Assembly (NCBI GenBank): GCA_024679065.1 | Contig: JAGIQG010000010.1 | Location: 50,840,001 to 50,904,000, forward strand | Direction of reading: 5' to 3' | Source: Sphyrna mokarran | Lineage: Eukaryota | Length of the DNA: 64,000 nucleotides | Part shown: piece after piece, positions 1 through 11,065 of the stretch | Position numbering within the stretch: the first letter of the stretch is position 1 | How the letters are laid out: every line of letters begins with the position of its first letter | Notes under the pieces: model-generated | The model's input: the letters and a program-made list of their open reading frames with translations, nothing else | Databases searched by the model: none | Told to the model about the DNA's origin: nothing | Made by a program: the position numbers and the translations under genes

Positions 1-1345
1 TTCTATCCATTTCTAATGGTGGAAAAAGCTTACCACCATTTACTCTATCTATATCCCTCATAATCTTATATACCTCTAAAAGATCCCCTCTCAGCCGACA
101 TCTTTCAAGGGAAAACAACCCCAGTGTTTTCAATCTTTCCTCGTAAGACAGCCCTTCCATACCAGGCAGCATCCCGGTCAGTCTCCTCTGCACTCTCTCC
201 AGGCCTCTACATCCTTCCTGTGGTACGGCGACCAGAACTGGACGCAGTACTCCAGATGAGGCCTAACCAACGTTCTATACACCTGCAACATCAGACTCCT
301 ACTCTTGTATTCTATACCCTTCCTATGAAGGCTAACATACCATACACTTTTTTTAACCACATTCTCCACCTGTACTGACACCTTCAGAGACCTGTGAACT
401 TGTACCCCCAGGTCTCTCTGCATCTCTATACTCCGGATAGTTTTACCTTTTATCCTATAACTCCCCTCTACATTATTCCGGCCAAAATGCATCACTTCAC
501 ATTTATCCGGATTAAATTCCATTTGCCATCTATCTGCCCAATCTACCAGCCTTTCTATGTCATGTTGTATTGCTAGGCACTGCTCCTCAGTACCCACCAA
601 TCCAATCATGTTAGTGTCATCAGCAAATTTGCTGATCACACCACCTACCCCCTCTTCCAAGTCATTTATATACACCACAAATAGAAGGGGTCCTAGTACA
701 GAGCCCTGTGGCACACCACTAGTGACAGACCTCCAGTTGGAAAAAGAGCCTTCCACTACTACCCACTGTCTCCTCCTCCCAAGCCAGTTCTCAACCCATC
801 TACATACCTGGCCCTGTATACCATGCGCCTTCACCTTTTCTATCAGCCTACCATGAAGGACCTTATCAAACGCCTTACTGAAATCCATGTAGACAACATC
901 AACGGCTTGTTCTTCATCAACCGTTTTTGTCACCTCTTCAAAAAATTCCACTAGATTCGTAAGGCACGACCTCCCCTTAACGAAGCCATGCTGCATATCT
1001 CTGATCAGATCGCAGCGCTCCAGATGCTCATACATCCTGTCCCTGAGAATCCTCTCCATTAGCTTACCTATAACTGAAGTCAAGCTCACCGGCCTATCCC
1101 TGGGTTATCCCTCTGACCCTTTTTAAACAACGGTACTACATTTGCAATCCTCCAGTCCTCTGGGACCTCCCCTGTGTCCAAAGAAGAGACAAAGATTTGC
1201 GTCAGAGGCCCAGCAATGTCATCTCTCACCTCCCTTAGCAGCCTGGGATAAATACCATCAGGCCCTGGAGCTTTATAAGTCTTTATGCTACCTAAAAGCC
1301 CCAACACTTCGTCCCTCGTTGTTCTGTTGACTTGTTCTGGGTCTC
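1..1345 (-). mobile_element. CR1-clade LINE ORF2 fragment (reverse transcriptase), frameshifted, running off the window start
   Basis: ORF 178..1089(-) has RT motifs [23 protein letters not shown] and FADD. ORF 1086..1547(-) supplies KAPGPDGIYPRLL...DWRIANVVPLFKKG. Bases 1-177 continue the C-terminus in another frame. Confidence 0.95.
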
Positions 1346-1631
1346 CTCTGATAATATTTACACCATGTTGAGAAGAGAATCTATCTTTCAGCCTTGATAT
1401 TTGAAACTGTGGAAGATGTACAAATTGATCATGAGAGCTCGTTTTAGAGAGCAGAAAGTTCTGCAATGCTAAGTTTTTCCAATGCTGTTCAGTCTTTGCC
1501 AAGATGCTGAATGGCTGGAGAAAAATGCATCTCCTTAATGCACCCATTGCAGTTTTTGTTTACCCTCACCAGGAGCGATGACCAACTCATCTTTCCCAAC
1601 TTCAGTTTCCCCTCTTCCATGATGGTGATGT

Positions 1632-2222
1632 TACATGAAAACATAGGAAATAGGAGCAGCAGTAGGATATTCAGCCCTTCAAGCCTGCTCCAAAATTTAC
1701 TATGATCATGATTGATCATCCAAGTCAATAGCCTGATCCTGACACTTCCTTATATCCTTTGATTTTGTTCGCCCACATGAGTTATATCTAACTCTTTCTT
1801 GAAAACATACAATAAGTGGGATTTTATGGCCTCGCTTGATCCAAGACTGGAAAATCCTGCCCAAGGTCAATGGACATTTCCATTGTCTGCCCCTTATGAA
1901 GTAGAATTCTGGCAAATGTTTTAGCTTTAACTGCTTTCTATAGCAGTGAATTGCTATAGAGCAAATAGCATTCATTGAATGAAGAAATTTCTCCTCATCT
2001 CATTCCTAAAAGGTTTCCTCCATATCCTTAGACTATGATTCCTAGTTCTGGACTCCTTCACCATTGGGAACATCCTTCCTGCATCTACTATGTCTGGTTC
2101 CATTTGAATTTTATAGATTTCTAGGAGATCCCCCTCTTTCTTCTGAACTCCAGTGAATATAATTTTAACCAACTCAGTCTCTCCTCATACATCAGTTTTG
2201 CCATTCCAGGAATCAGTCTGGT
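1632..2222 (-). mobile_element. CR1 LINE 3' fragment (ORF2 C-terminus and 3' UTR) interrupted by a MITE
   Basis: Minus ORFs give RLIPGM..YEERL..LYSLEFRR and GDLLEIYKI..RMFPMV.ESRTRNHSLRI. A typical CR1 tail (revcomp ...CTGCTCCTATTTCCTATGTT) lies at 1632-1690. Confidence 0.9.
1814..1914. mobile_element. 101-bp PIF/Harbinger-type MITE inserted in CR1
   Basis: Interrupts CR1 sequence that resumes on both sides. 3-bp TSD AAT at 1811-1813 and 1915-1917. Decayed termini AAGTGGGATTTTA...TAGAATTCTGGCA. Confidence 0.7.
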
Positions 2223-4154
2223 TGTGAAAGATGAGGTGCTCTCCTCCTGTTCAAGTATTTTTGTGAGCATTGTGGGCCCATTTTTCCTGCAAAAGTGAGA
2301 GAGGAATAAGATATTGCTGCTTCTATAGCTACTCCAATATTTCATTGACATAAGAAGCTACATGTACTAAAGCTGGCAAATCCTCAATAGTAATAGGGAT
2401 ATTGTTGAAGGATCAGTGAGTAGTTTGGATATCCACCCCAACACCAACTCACCCATCTCCCCATCTATTGTCCCATGCTAAGCATGCACCCTCAGGCTGT
2501 TCGGCTGTTGTGTTTGAATATCCAGACTCTATTCTGAAGATGTGGCAATATACTCACTTTGTTAGAGGCAATAAAGTAATTGAACCTCTTCCAAAACAAC
2601 ATAATTCCTCCTGGCCACAATCCATCACTCATGGTTCTGCCCTCTCAATCCAGGCATGCAGTTTTTCTTTAATGCAATTAATCATTCTACAATTTATCAC
2701 ATTGCCAAAAGCCAGCATTTAATTCTCCTGATGACACTCAGTAATACTAGAGTTATATAGTCCAAATAATGGAAAATATATCATCTGATGTATTTCCCTT
2801 GTTGAATGACATGGTTACACATTTGAAGGAGGATATGCTACGTACTCACCATGAATTAAACCACTGTTTCTGACAAGAATAAAAATGAATATGGACATAT
2901 TTTTGTGATTTTTTTACTCTTTGACATGTATGTTCACTCAGTGACTGATATTCCTGAACCACCTGAGGGTGATGTGGCAGATAGAAAGTAAGGTCACAAA
3001 ACACAACGTGGCTATATAGCTATTTTGTGGTCCCTTTTAGGATCTGGTCTGTAACATAAACAAGGACCTGAAATTCAACTTTGTTGAGGCCACAATACAG
3101 GCTATTTAATCAGCCATTCATTATATCCCCAGCTCAATCATTTATCCATTGATGATGTTGAATATTACCAGTAGAATGTTTTTTCACAGATTTGGATCCT
3201 CAAATTTGAATAATATCATATGACATAAAAGTAACGCTGACTTGCTTCTCAATAGTATTTTTTCGATAATTAAATTTCCCAATGCATTTCAACAGCATCA
3301 TCATGCATAAATGACAAAAATACTGCAGCATGGATAATAGAAACATTGTGGTTTTCCTATTTCTCTCTGGCTCCTCATTTTCCCTTTTCATTTTTTGCTG
3401 CTTCCCTTTATTAAACACCAAAAATCACAAAGGCAGGCTTCAACTTTGGCCTTGACTGAAAACATTGATATGGATCTAAGCCATGAATAAAGTGCCTACA
3501 GAACTGATTGCTTTGCCCTGTGATGTGAATGAACTGTTTTAGCTTCCACGGCTGTATCCTGCACTTTATTTGAACTCTGGGGAATGGTTAAGCTGATACT
3601 AAGCTGCATTGTTAAAACCTCATGTACTTAAATCATTACTTAGTTAACTGAATTATTTTGTTTCAAACATCCTGAAATTTCTGAAATTGGAAGTAGATGC
3701 AAATGACCTTCAATCTCTGGTGAGTTGCTGATTTTTTGCCCACGTATTTTCTTCAGGCTGAACTGTTAAATGTGACATTACTCAAATGGTGCCCATAGCA
3801 CAACTGATCACAGTGAATTGGACACAGTGTAGGAAAGGATATTGGAAAGAAAATGAGTAGGAGAGTAAGGAACAGGCTGCAGGCAGGATGATGACAAAGT
3901 AGGTACAGCAGTTGGAACTAACATTAGATGGGAAATCAAAAATGCGAGTAACACTATCCCTAGGGTTTGCTAATCAGACATCCACAAGCAGCTTCAGAAA
4001 AATGAGTGAAGAATTAGATAATGGAAGCAGTTGAACACTTATTCATGTCATCACCTCTCTGCTCTGCATGCTTCCAGCAGTTGTTAAACGTGCATGTGCA
4101 AACTTTGTTATCAAGATGGCATTCCTATCAGAGATGTGCTGCTGTGGTTTCAAG

Positions 4155-4316
4155 GTCCAAAAGATGTGCTGGTTAAACACATGGCCATGTTAAATTCTCC
4201 TCCATGTATCTGAACAGGTGCTGGAGTGTGGCATCTAGAGGATTTTCACAGTAACTTCATTTCAGTGTTAATATAAGCCTATCTGTGACATTAATAAGCA
4301 AGCTTAAACTTTAAAC
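4155..4316 (+). mobile_element. 5'-truncated V-SINE-like element with a Rex/Babar-type tail
   Basis: GTCCAAAAGATGTGCTGGTTA..GGCCATGTTAAATT resembles the V-domain end in the HE1 copy at 10744. The tail TGTGACATTAATAA matches the LINE tail at 33775. Confidence 0.6.
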
Positions 4317-5050
4317 ATTGGGTTTATAACAATTACGCGTTTTAGCTTAGTTTCCATTTAATTCCATGTTATGAAATAAGTGTAATCATTAATTCTTTCT
4401 GCTTGGTTATTCCATGGTGAAGCATATTTTAAAACTAATGGACAATGTCACTCGGCTGAACTTGCTGAACTGCTTTTCTAATGAAGCTATTGACTTGGTA
4501 CTCTGCACATTGCTAAGGCACATTTGGAGTGGGATGGGGTGGGTGGCCATTCAGTCAGTTTTGTGCACTTTGGTGAAGTATGAGTGACAATAAGTTGCTG
4601 TGCAATGGAATTCTTGGACCCCACTCACCCTGCCCTCTCCAGAATTTCTCTCAAAGTTTGACTGTTCAAAAATGAAAAATGTGAAACTGTTTTAGTTGCG
4701 AGATCATTAAAATTTTCTAGACTTTAGTATGACAATATTACATAATGAATGGCTTTGTTTACCATTGCCATTATTCTTGCACATAATTGCAAGGTACGGA
4801 GCACAATTCAGATAGGTATATTGTATTGTGTGACTAACTACAATTTATCATAAGTTTTTTTCGATCAAATAATGGTATTTGATATAATAATAAGATATAT
4901 GAGTAAGGCCATTTATATAACTTAGCTTATCTATCTTGAAAAACCATTTCCCTCTCCCTCTCTCTTTCCCTCACCTTCCCCAACCATAGCATTCAATTAT
5001 CTGTTGCCAATTTTGAATATGTAACACCCCTTCCGTTCTCTTGAAATATC

Positions 5051-5253
5051 TTGGAACTCGTTGCTGGGGGAGGTAGTGGACGAAGATACAATAGTGACTT
5101 TTAAGGGGCATCTGGACAAATATATGAATAGAATGGGAATAGAGGGATAGGGTCCCTGCATGGGTGGGGGACAGGGGGGTTTAAGTCAGTTGGGCAGTAT
5201 GGTTGGTGCAGGCTTGGAAGATAGTAGGGCCTGCTCCTGCGCTGTAATTTTCA
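5051..5253 (+). mobile_element. CR1 LINE 3' end fragment
   Basis: Aligns by eye with 53760-53970 (TGGAACTCG..GACTTTTAAGGGGCATCTGGACAAATATATGAATAG..GCTGTAATTTT) and ends in (TTCTTTG)n. Confidence 0.85.
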
Positions 5254-5402
5254 TTGCTCTTTGTTCTTTGTTCAATATACCAGCGTTACCTATGCTTATG
5301 TCATGAAATACTTTGTATTTACCTGTAAGGCCCGTCAAAACTGCTTCTTTTCAAAGTTGAAAAATCTGCCATTTCATATTCACTGTGAGGGAAATGATCT
5401 GG

Positions 5403-5497
5403 CAACAACAACAACTTGCATTTATACAGCATCCTTAACATAATAGAATGCCCTCGGGCACTTCACAATTACATTATCTGACACAGCTTGACACTGA
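5403..5497 (-). mobile_element. L2-type 3' tail remnant
   Basis: Revcomp ends GCTGTATAAATGCAAGTTGTTGTTG, like the L2 tails at 16910 and 46470. Confidence 0.55.
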
Positions 5498-6117
5498 CAC
5501 TGGATTGGTGGGCAAAATGCAAAGTAGAAACTTGCATTGAAATCAATGGGTTCTCTCAGTCCATAATAATCTGTCCTGCCATTTATGAACCAGGTAGTGA
5601 GGATAGAAAGCAATGCCCATATTCCACCAGTTCGACTTTATAATCCAATCCTTTGACATAGAATTAACCTCACAGCTCTTTTGCCAGCTTATACACTCAG
5701 CATTTGATTTGCTCTATTGATTTATGCCGAGATGTCACTAATCATATTAAATGCCACATCTATCAACCTAAATACGTAATCAGAAAATACAATAAGTAAA
5801 TAGACAATCTGTTTATGGGTGTTGTTCAAATAAAGAACATAATTTAGGGTAGCGGGAAAAAATCTCTGCAATTTTAAGTAATGCAATGGGATTTCTTGGG
5901 CAGAATTTTATGACCACTTTACGCCTATTTTGCAGTGGGAAAATGTTGTAAAAGGGGTGGCACCCATTTTCACACCTGTTGTGATTTTATGAAACACAGA
6001 TTTCCAGCTCAGTCAGTCTCTCGCTAGAAATGGGCAAGAGACTGATTCATTTATTTAAATTTATATAAATATTAACGCCCCATGTATCAGATAATCCCAG
6101 ATAATCTCTAAACACAT

Positions 6118-6660
6118 CCCCAGTTCCCAATCCAAACTTTCTCCCCAGTTTGGCCATATCTCCAAACTTTGCTTCTCCAATCCTGAATTCCAAGCTCCTC
6201 CCCACTCTGCCCCGATCTCCAGGCCCTTCCCCAACCTGTCCTGTCTCCAGGTTCCTCTCCTACCTACTAATCTCCAGGCCTCTCCCTTTCCTGCCCAATC
6301 TCCAGGCCCTTCTTCCACCTGGCCCCATCTCCAGGCTCCTCCCCAACCTACCTAGACTCCTGGTTCTTCCCCTACCTGGCCAATCTCCAGGGCCCTCCCC
6401 TACCTGCCCAATCTCCAGACTCTTCTCCAACCCACACCACCTCCAGGCTCCTTCCCCACCTGCCCAATTTCCAGGTTCCACTCCCACTTACTCCAATCTC
6501 CAGGCTCCTCCTCAACCTGCTCAGTCTTCAGATTCCTCCACTTCCTGTCCAATCTCCAGACCTCCTCGATCTGCCCCATTTCCAGGCTCCTCCCCCACTT
6601 GCCTAAATCTCCAGATTCCACCCCCACCTACCCCAATCTCCAGGTCCCTCCTCCACCTAT
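6118..6660. repeat. C-rich minisatellite, unit about 28-29 bp (CCAATCTCCAGGCTCCTCCCCAACCTGC), about 19 diverged units
   Basis: The ATCTCCAGG core recurs about every 28-29 bp. Two more units resume at 8157-8205 after the RTE insertion. Confidence 0.9.
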
Positions 6661-6666
6661 GTTAAT

Positions 6667-8148
6667 TTCATGTTTATCCCAGCATGTGAAGACAACCTTA
6701 GGAAGCAAGGTGCAATGCTGAAGCACAACTTAAGCATGAGCTGTGCAAATCCAGCACAACAACTACAGCGCCTTCACAAATCTGTCCAATTTGTGCCAGG
6801 ACATTCCGTGCCTGAACTGGCCTGATCAGTCATCTTCGGACGCACCACATCCAGCCTCGATATGACTAACGGTCATAGGTGGATTGAGCAGACGAGACCA
6901 ATGGAAGGTCCAATGATCAAGAAGATGGTCTCTGCAAGCGTCATGGAATGCAAAGAGCAGGACAAGATACAGGAGATGTCCTGGTCATCCACTGCGCTTA
7001 GTCCCATCTCCAGCCATCTTGATTCTTGCCTTGCCACTGGATCTGAATGGGAATTAGGAAGAGAGAATGAGGTTGTCGCTGCGCAACTCTCCCTCACTTT
7101 AATCCAAATCAAGCACTAATCTCAACACCATGATCATCATCATCATCAGTGTCCTGTTCAATCTTTGAAGTCCTGTGGCAATGGACAAGCAACAAAGCAG
7201 CAGGTGTAGATACATTGGGAGCTGTAGTCATGGACTTGCACACAGGCGGCTCAGGTCTAACGGTTGTTTTCTGCTGACTGAAGCAGCAATGAAATTTGAT
7301 GTCTACCTGGGCAACTGAGCAGTCCTCTTCAGGCATGCACTGCTCACCTCCATAGAATGAGGAAGGGGCTGAAAAGGGTGCCCTAAACATTGCCTGCTTC
7401 ACAACACCCTGGCTAGTTTGCCACAGCTGGCAGGGATTCCATCTTGTTTGTGGTCAAATAAATAAAATAAAACACAAGGTGACACCGCTCACTATTGGCA
7501 CTTGGAATGTGCGCATGCATTTGGACAACCCTACAGCAGACAGACTAGAGAGAAGAACAGCCTTAGTTGCCAGAGAACTTGCAAGATACAACATTGATAT
7601 TGTAGCCCTGAGTAGCCAATCTCCAGGTTCCTCCTCTTGCTTACGTAGGTCTGTTGACTGAAACTGGAGGTGGATACATTTTTTTCTGGAGCAGTCACGG
7701 CAGCGATGAACGTCGTGATGCTGGAGTTGGATTTGCCGTCAAAAGTCACCTTATTCGGAAACTTGCTAGTCTACCCAAGAGTGTGAACGACCGTCTTATG
7801 ACATTACAGCTTCCACTCTAGAACAGAAGTCAACTCTGATCAGTGCCTATGCCCCCACAATGAACAACCACCTGGGAAACACTGGCACAAAACTGCCCTA
7901 TTTGGTGCTGACTCATCTACAAAGGCTGTCAACCTTAGGAAGCAAGGTGCAATGCTGAAGCACAACTTAAGCATGAGCTGTGCAAATCCAGCGCAACAAC
8001 TACAGCGCCTTCACAAATCTGTCCAATTTGTGCCAGGACATTCCGTGCCCGAACTGGCCTGATCAGTCATCTTCGGACGCACCACATCCAGCCTCAATAT
8101 GACTAACGGTGTCGAGGTCCTCATCGATGACAATGGACAAACAACAAC
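6667..8148 (+). mobile_element. Internally deleted RTE-clade LINE derivative with 181-bp terminal direct repeats and an 8-bp TSD
   Basis: Endonuclease N-terminus TIGTWNVR..ERRTALVARELARYNIDIVALS (from 7482) and SAYAPTM (~7842-7862) join directly to the C-terminus WETLAQ...CPICARTFRARTGLISHLRTH. Ends in an (AAC)n tail. TSD ATGTTAAT at 6659-6666 and 8149-8156. Confidence 0.9.
6693..6873 (+). repeat. Direct repeat copy 1 (RTE 3' end); copy 2 is at 7930-8110
   Basis: 181 bp with 3 mismatches to 7930-8110, all CpG transitions. Confidence 0.97.
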
Positions 8149-10743
8149 ATGTTAATCTTCAGGCTCCTCTCCAGACTATACCAATTATTAGGCTCCTCCC
8201 CCATCCAGACATTCAAACCATGACCTGGAGCTTACATTTTTTGCAAGTTGAGACAATCATCATGTGGGCACTAAGACCTCCTGTGTAAAATAGCATAACC
8301 AAAACAGCAGTGTAACAAATGATTTGTACAGTTTTAGCATGACCTCTGCTTTTCAATTCAACTAATATTTATAAAACAACATGCTTTTTTACAACTTAAT
8401 CTATTTATCATTCCAGTTTTAAAGATTTGTGTCCCAGACCCCTAAGTCTCTCAGCTCCTCTAAGGTTTTGTTATTTACTCTATAATCATTAATAGTGAAT
8501 GTTTCTGAATTTTAATTCCAGTTAGCTGAACAAATTTATGCCACTAACATTAACATCATTACAAGCCAGCGTTTTCTGAAGTTACTGATACACTAAATCA
8601 AGAAGAATAAATCTATGGGAATCAACAAATGTATTCTTCTACCTAACAGAGACAATAATGGTTAAAAAGACTTTGTCCACTCCGGTTGCACTAAGGGCAT
8701 TATAATTCAATCACATGGCGTGTGATGATCATTTGAGGACCAAATCAAGTGAACTGGCACTTCCTTTTTGTGATAGAAATGAATGAATCATTTGGGATTT
8801 CATATTAATCCAGCAGCTTTTAAGGCCACATTCGTAACTGGCCCAAAGATGATCGGGTCATTACAAATTCTATTTCATAACTTGTTATGATGGGATTTAA
8901 CTCCTAATCTCTTGGTAACTAATGCCATGAATATTAGGATACTATACCCTGTAATGCAGCAATGAATCTTGTGCAGGAGAATGGATGTCTGTATATCCTG
9001 GATAACTGTGCTAAGCTTCAGTAGTTTGGTTTCTTAAAGTGTGCTCCAACAGTGGAGATGAAAAATGGATAGTTTTAAAAAATGATCATTTATGCACTGC
9101 AGTATCTTTCAATTAATTGAGGTGACATTTATTTCTTACAGTCTTAATGTAAAGCCACATTGATTCGCCAATGCTGTCTTGGTCAATAAAGAAAAATGAT
9201 GATATTGAATATTGAATACTACTTTGCCACCGTTCTATGCACAACGAGATGTTGTTATTATGCAAAATAGTTCATAATATCATAACCACATAACTTTCGT
9301 TTATGATAGCCATTGTCTCTTACAATCATCTTGATTGTCAATCTATTAAGATGGATTCATTCATCCAATAAAGTTTGTAAAAAATGAAGGATGCTGACAG
9401 CTGTGTGTTTACCCTCTAACAAGGTGACATTTAATAGTGTCAATCATAATAATTATCATCAGAGCAACCAGTGGACCATGGCGAGAAGGTGACCTCGTGC
9501 ACTGGTAATGGGAAGCACTGTATGGTGAACAGCCATTTTATATGTCAGTGCATGTTTTATTCAGTGGAACCATTTCATTTTTAATAGGTACTTTGAATAG
9601 CTTAATGCAAAAATTGAAAAATGAAAAGGATAAAATATCTATGGTACAAATAATTAACCAATCTCTGACTGTGAAATGAGTCCAAAATCATTTAAAGTCT
9701 GGAATTGTTGGGGGCAAGCTCCATTTACTCACCGTTACCTGAGTTTCATTATCTTAGAGCAATTTAGAGCTTGATAATACATGTTTTTTTTAGTTCTCAC
9801 AAAAGTTTTGTCCACATGTTCTTGAATTCAAAAACATTACAACTGAATAAAAGAATAATGGCAACATTTGTGAAAATGAAGCATTGAGATCTAATTCAAA
9901 ATTCACTTGATTGACCTTCCTGTATTCTAGAATAAGACCGAATATAAGGAGCAACATGATCCTGACTCAGCTATGTGGATGAACTTCCTGGGAAGGACTT
10001 AAAATCATGTTGGGTCAATTGACACAATAAATGTACTAACTGATATAATTTTGTGACAAATCACTGGCATAAGCAAATTTATACATTTAAGCAACATAGC
10101 CTGGATTATTCATATTATGATATACAGATATTATGACAGGATGGGATGTCTCTTCTGATGCCACTAAAACCACAATCAATTTCTCAGAATTGGAAGTGAT
10201 CTGTATTAGTGGATGTGATTTTAGCCCATCAGGTTAAAGGGACAAAATGTCAGTAAAGCTGCAATGGGTTCGCAGCTACATTGTCCAAGGTAGCAGGTCA
10301 ACATTTAAGGGGTGATGGCAGAACCATAAAAAAGGAAAGTCTCCGATCAACATTCAACCAGAGAAGTCATTACTCATGTACGGAATGAAAGAAGACAACG
10401 ACTCAGCTATTTCCATTTAATTGGCAAGGTCAGCAGTGTGGTGGGAAGAGTGATCAACCAAAAAACCAACCGTGGCTGGGATGGGGCAGAGACTGACAAG
10501 TTTCTGTGTTCTCATAGCACAGAAATCTGCACATGTACAATTGCGCTCTCTGCTGCTATCTGCCTGTTTTGGGGTCATTTAGGCCTCACCTGTTCCCCCT
10601 GCTGGCAGATTTCAAGTTTTGCCTCTTTTTCAACAAAGTCATGTAAGATTCAATACTTAAGTGGCTCAAAACAAAACGCAAATTTCTTCCATTTTCACAC
10701 TCATTTGGGACTTTGAATTTTTTTGGCAAGATTGCTCCCAAAA

Positions 10744-11065
10744 GGTGGCACAGTGGTACAGTGGTTAACATTGCTGCCTCACAGCATCTGGGACCCAGGT
10801 TCAATTCTGGCTTCAGGTCACTATATGGAATTTGCACATTGTCTCCACATCTGCATTGGTTTCCTCCAGGTGCTCCAGTTTCATTCTACTATTCAAAGTT
10901 GTGCAGGTTAGGTTGATCAGCCAAGGTAAATTGACCTAGTGTCAGTGGTTTAGTAAGGTAAATATGTGGGGTTAAGGAAAAAGGGCCTGGATAGAATTGT
11001 GATCAGTGCAGACCCGAAGGGTTAAATGGCCTCCTTTCGCATTGTAGGTATTCTAGGATTCTATT
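10744..11065 (+). mobile_element. HE1-type tRNA-derived V-SINE, full length
   Basis: A-box-like TGGCACAGTGG, B-box GGTTCAATTCT, V-domain GGTTTCCTCCAGGTGCTCCAGTTTC, and a CR1-like tail ending TATTCTAGGATTCTA. Confidence 0.9.

Larger units (their letters stand above)
5898..8290. mobile_element. Decayed Harbinger-type non-autonomous element hosting a minisatellite and the RTE insertion
   Basis: Left terminus GGGCAGAATTTTA is like other MITE TIRs in the window. The right terminus is not clearly recognisable, so that boundary is approximate. Confidence 0.4.

Noticed and set aside
178-1089. Intact or domesticated reverse transcriptase gene
   Set aside because: It is frameshifted at both ends and 5'-truncated, so it is an ordinary CR1 copy.
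6118-6660. CRISPR-like repeat-spacer array
   Set aside because: The units are contiguous and degenerate with no unique spacers, there are no cas genes, and the context is vertebrate.
6150-6665. 171-aa Pro/Ser-rich ORF and overlapping Gly/Trp-rich minus ORFs
   Set aside because: These are translations of the minisatellite, open because of low complexity.
6820-6846. CTGATCAGTC-ATCTTCG-GACGCAC resembles a hammerhead core inside the RTE repeat
   Set aside because: It lacks the required CUGANGA and GAAA, and is fully explained as coding sequence for GLISHLRTH.
10744-10815. tRNA gene
   Set aside because: It is the tRNA-derived head of the HE1 SINE and runs straight into the V domain.
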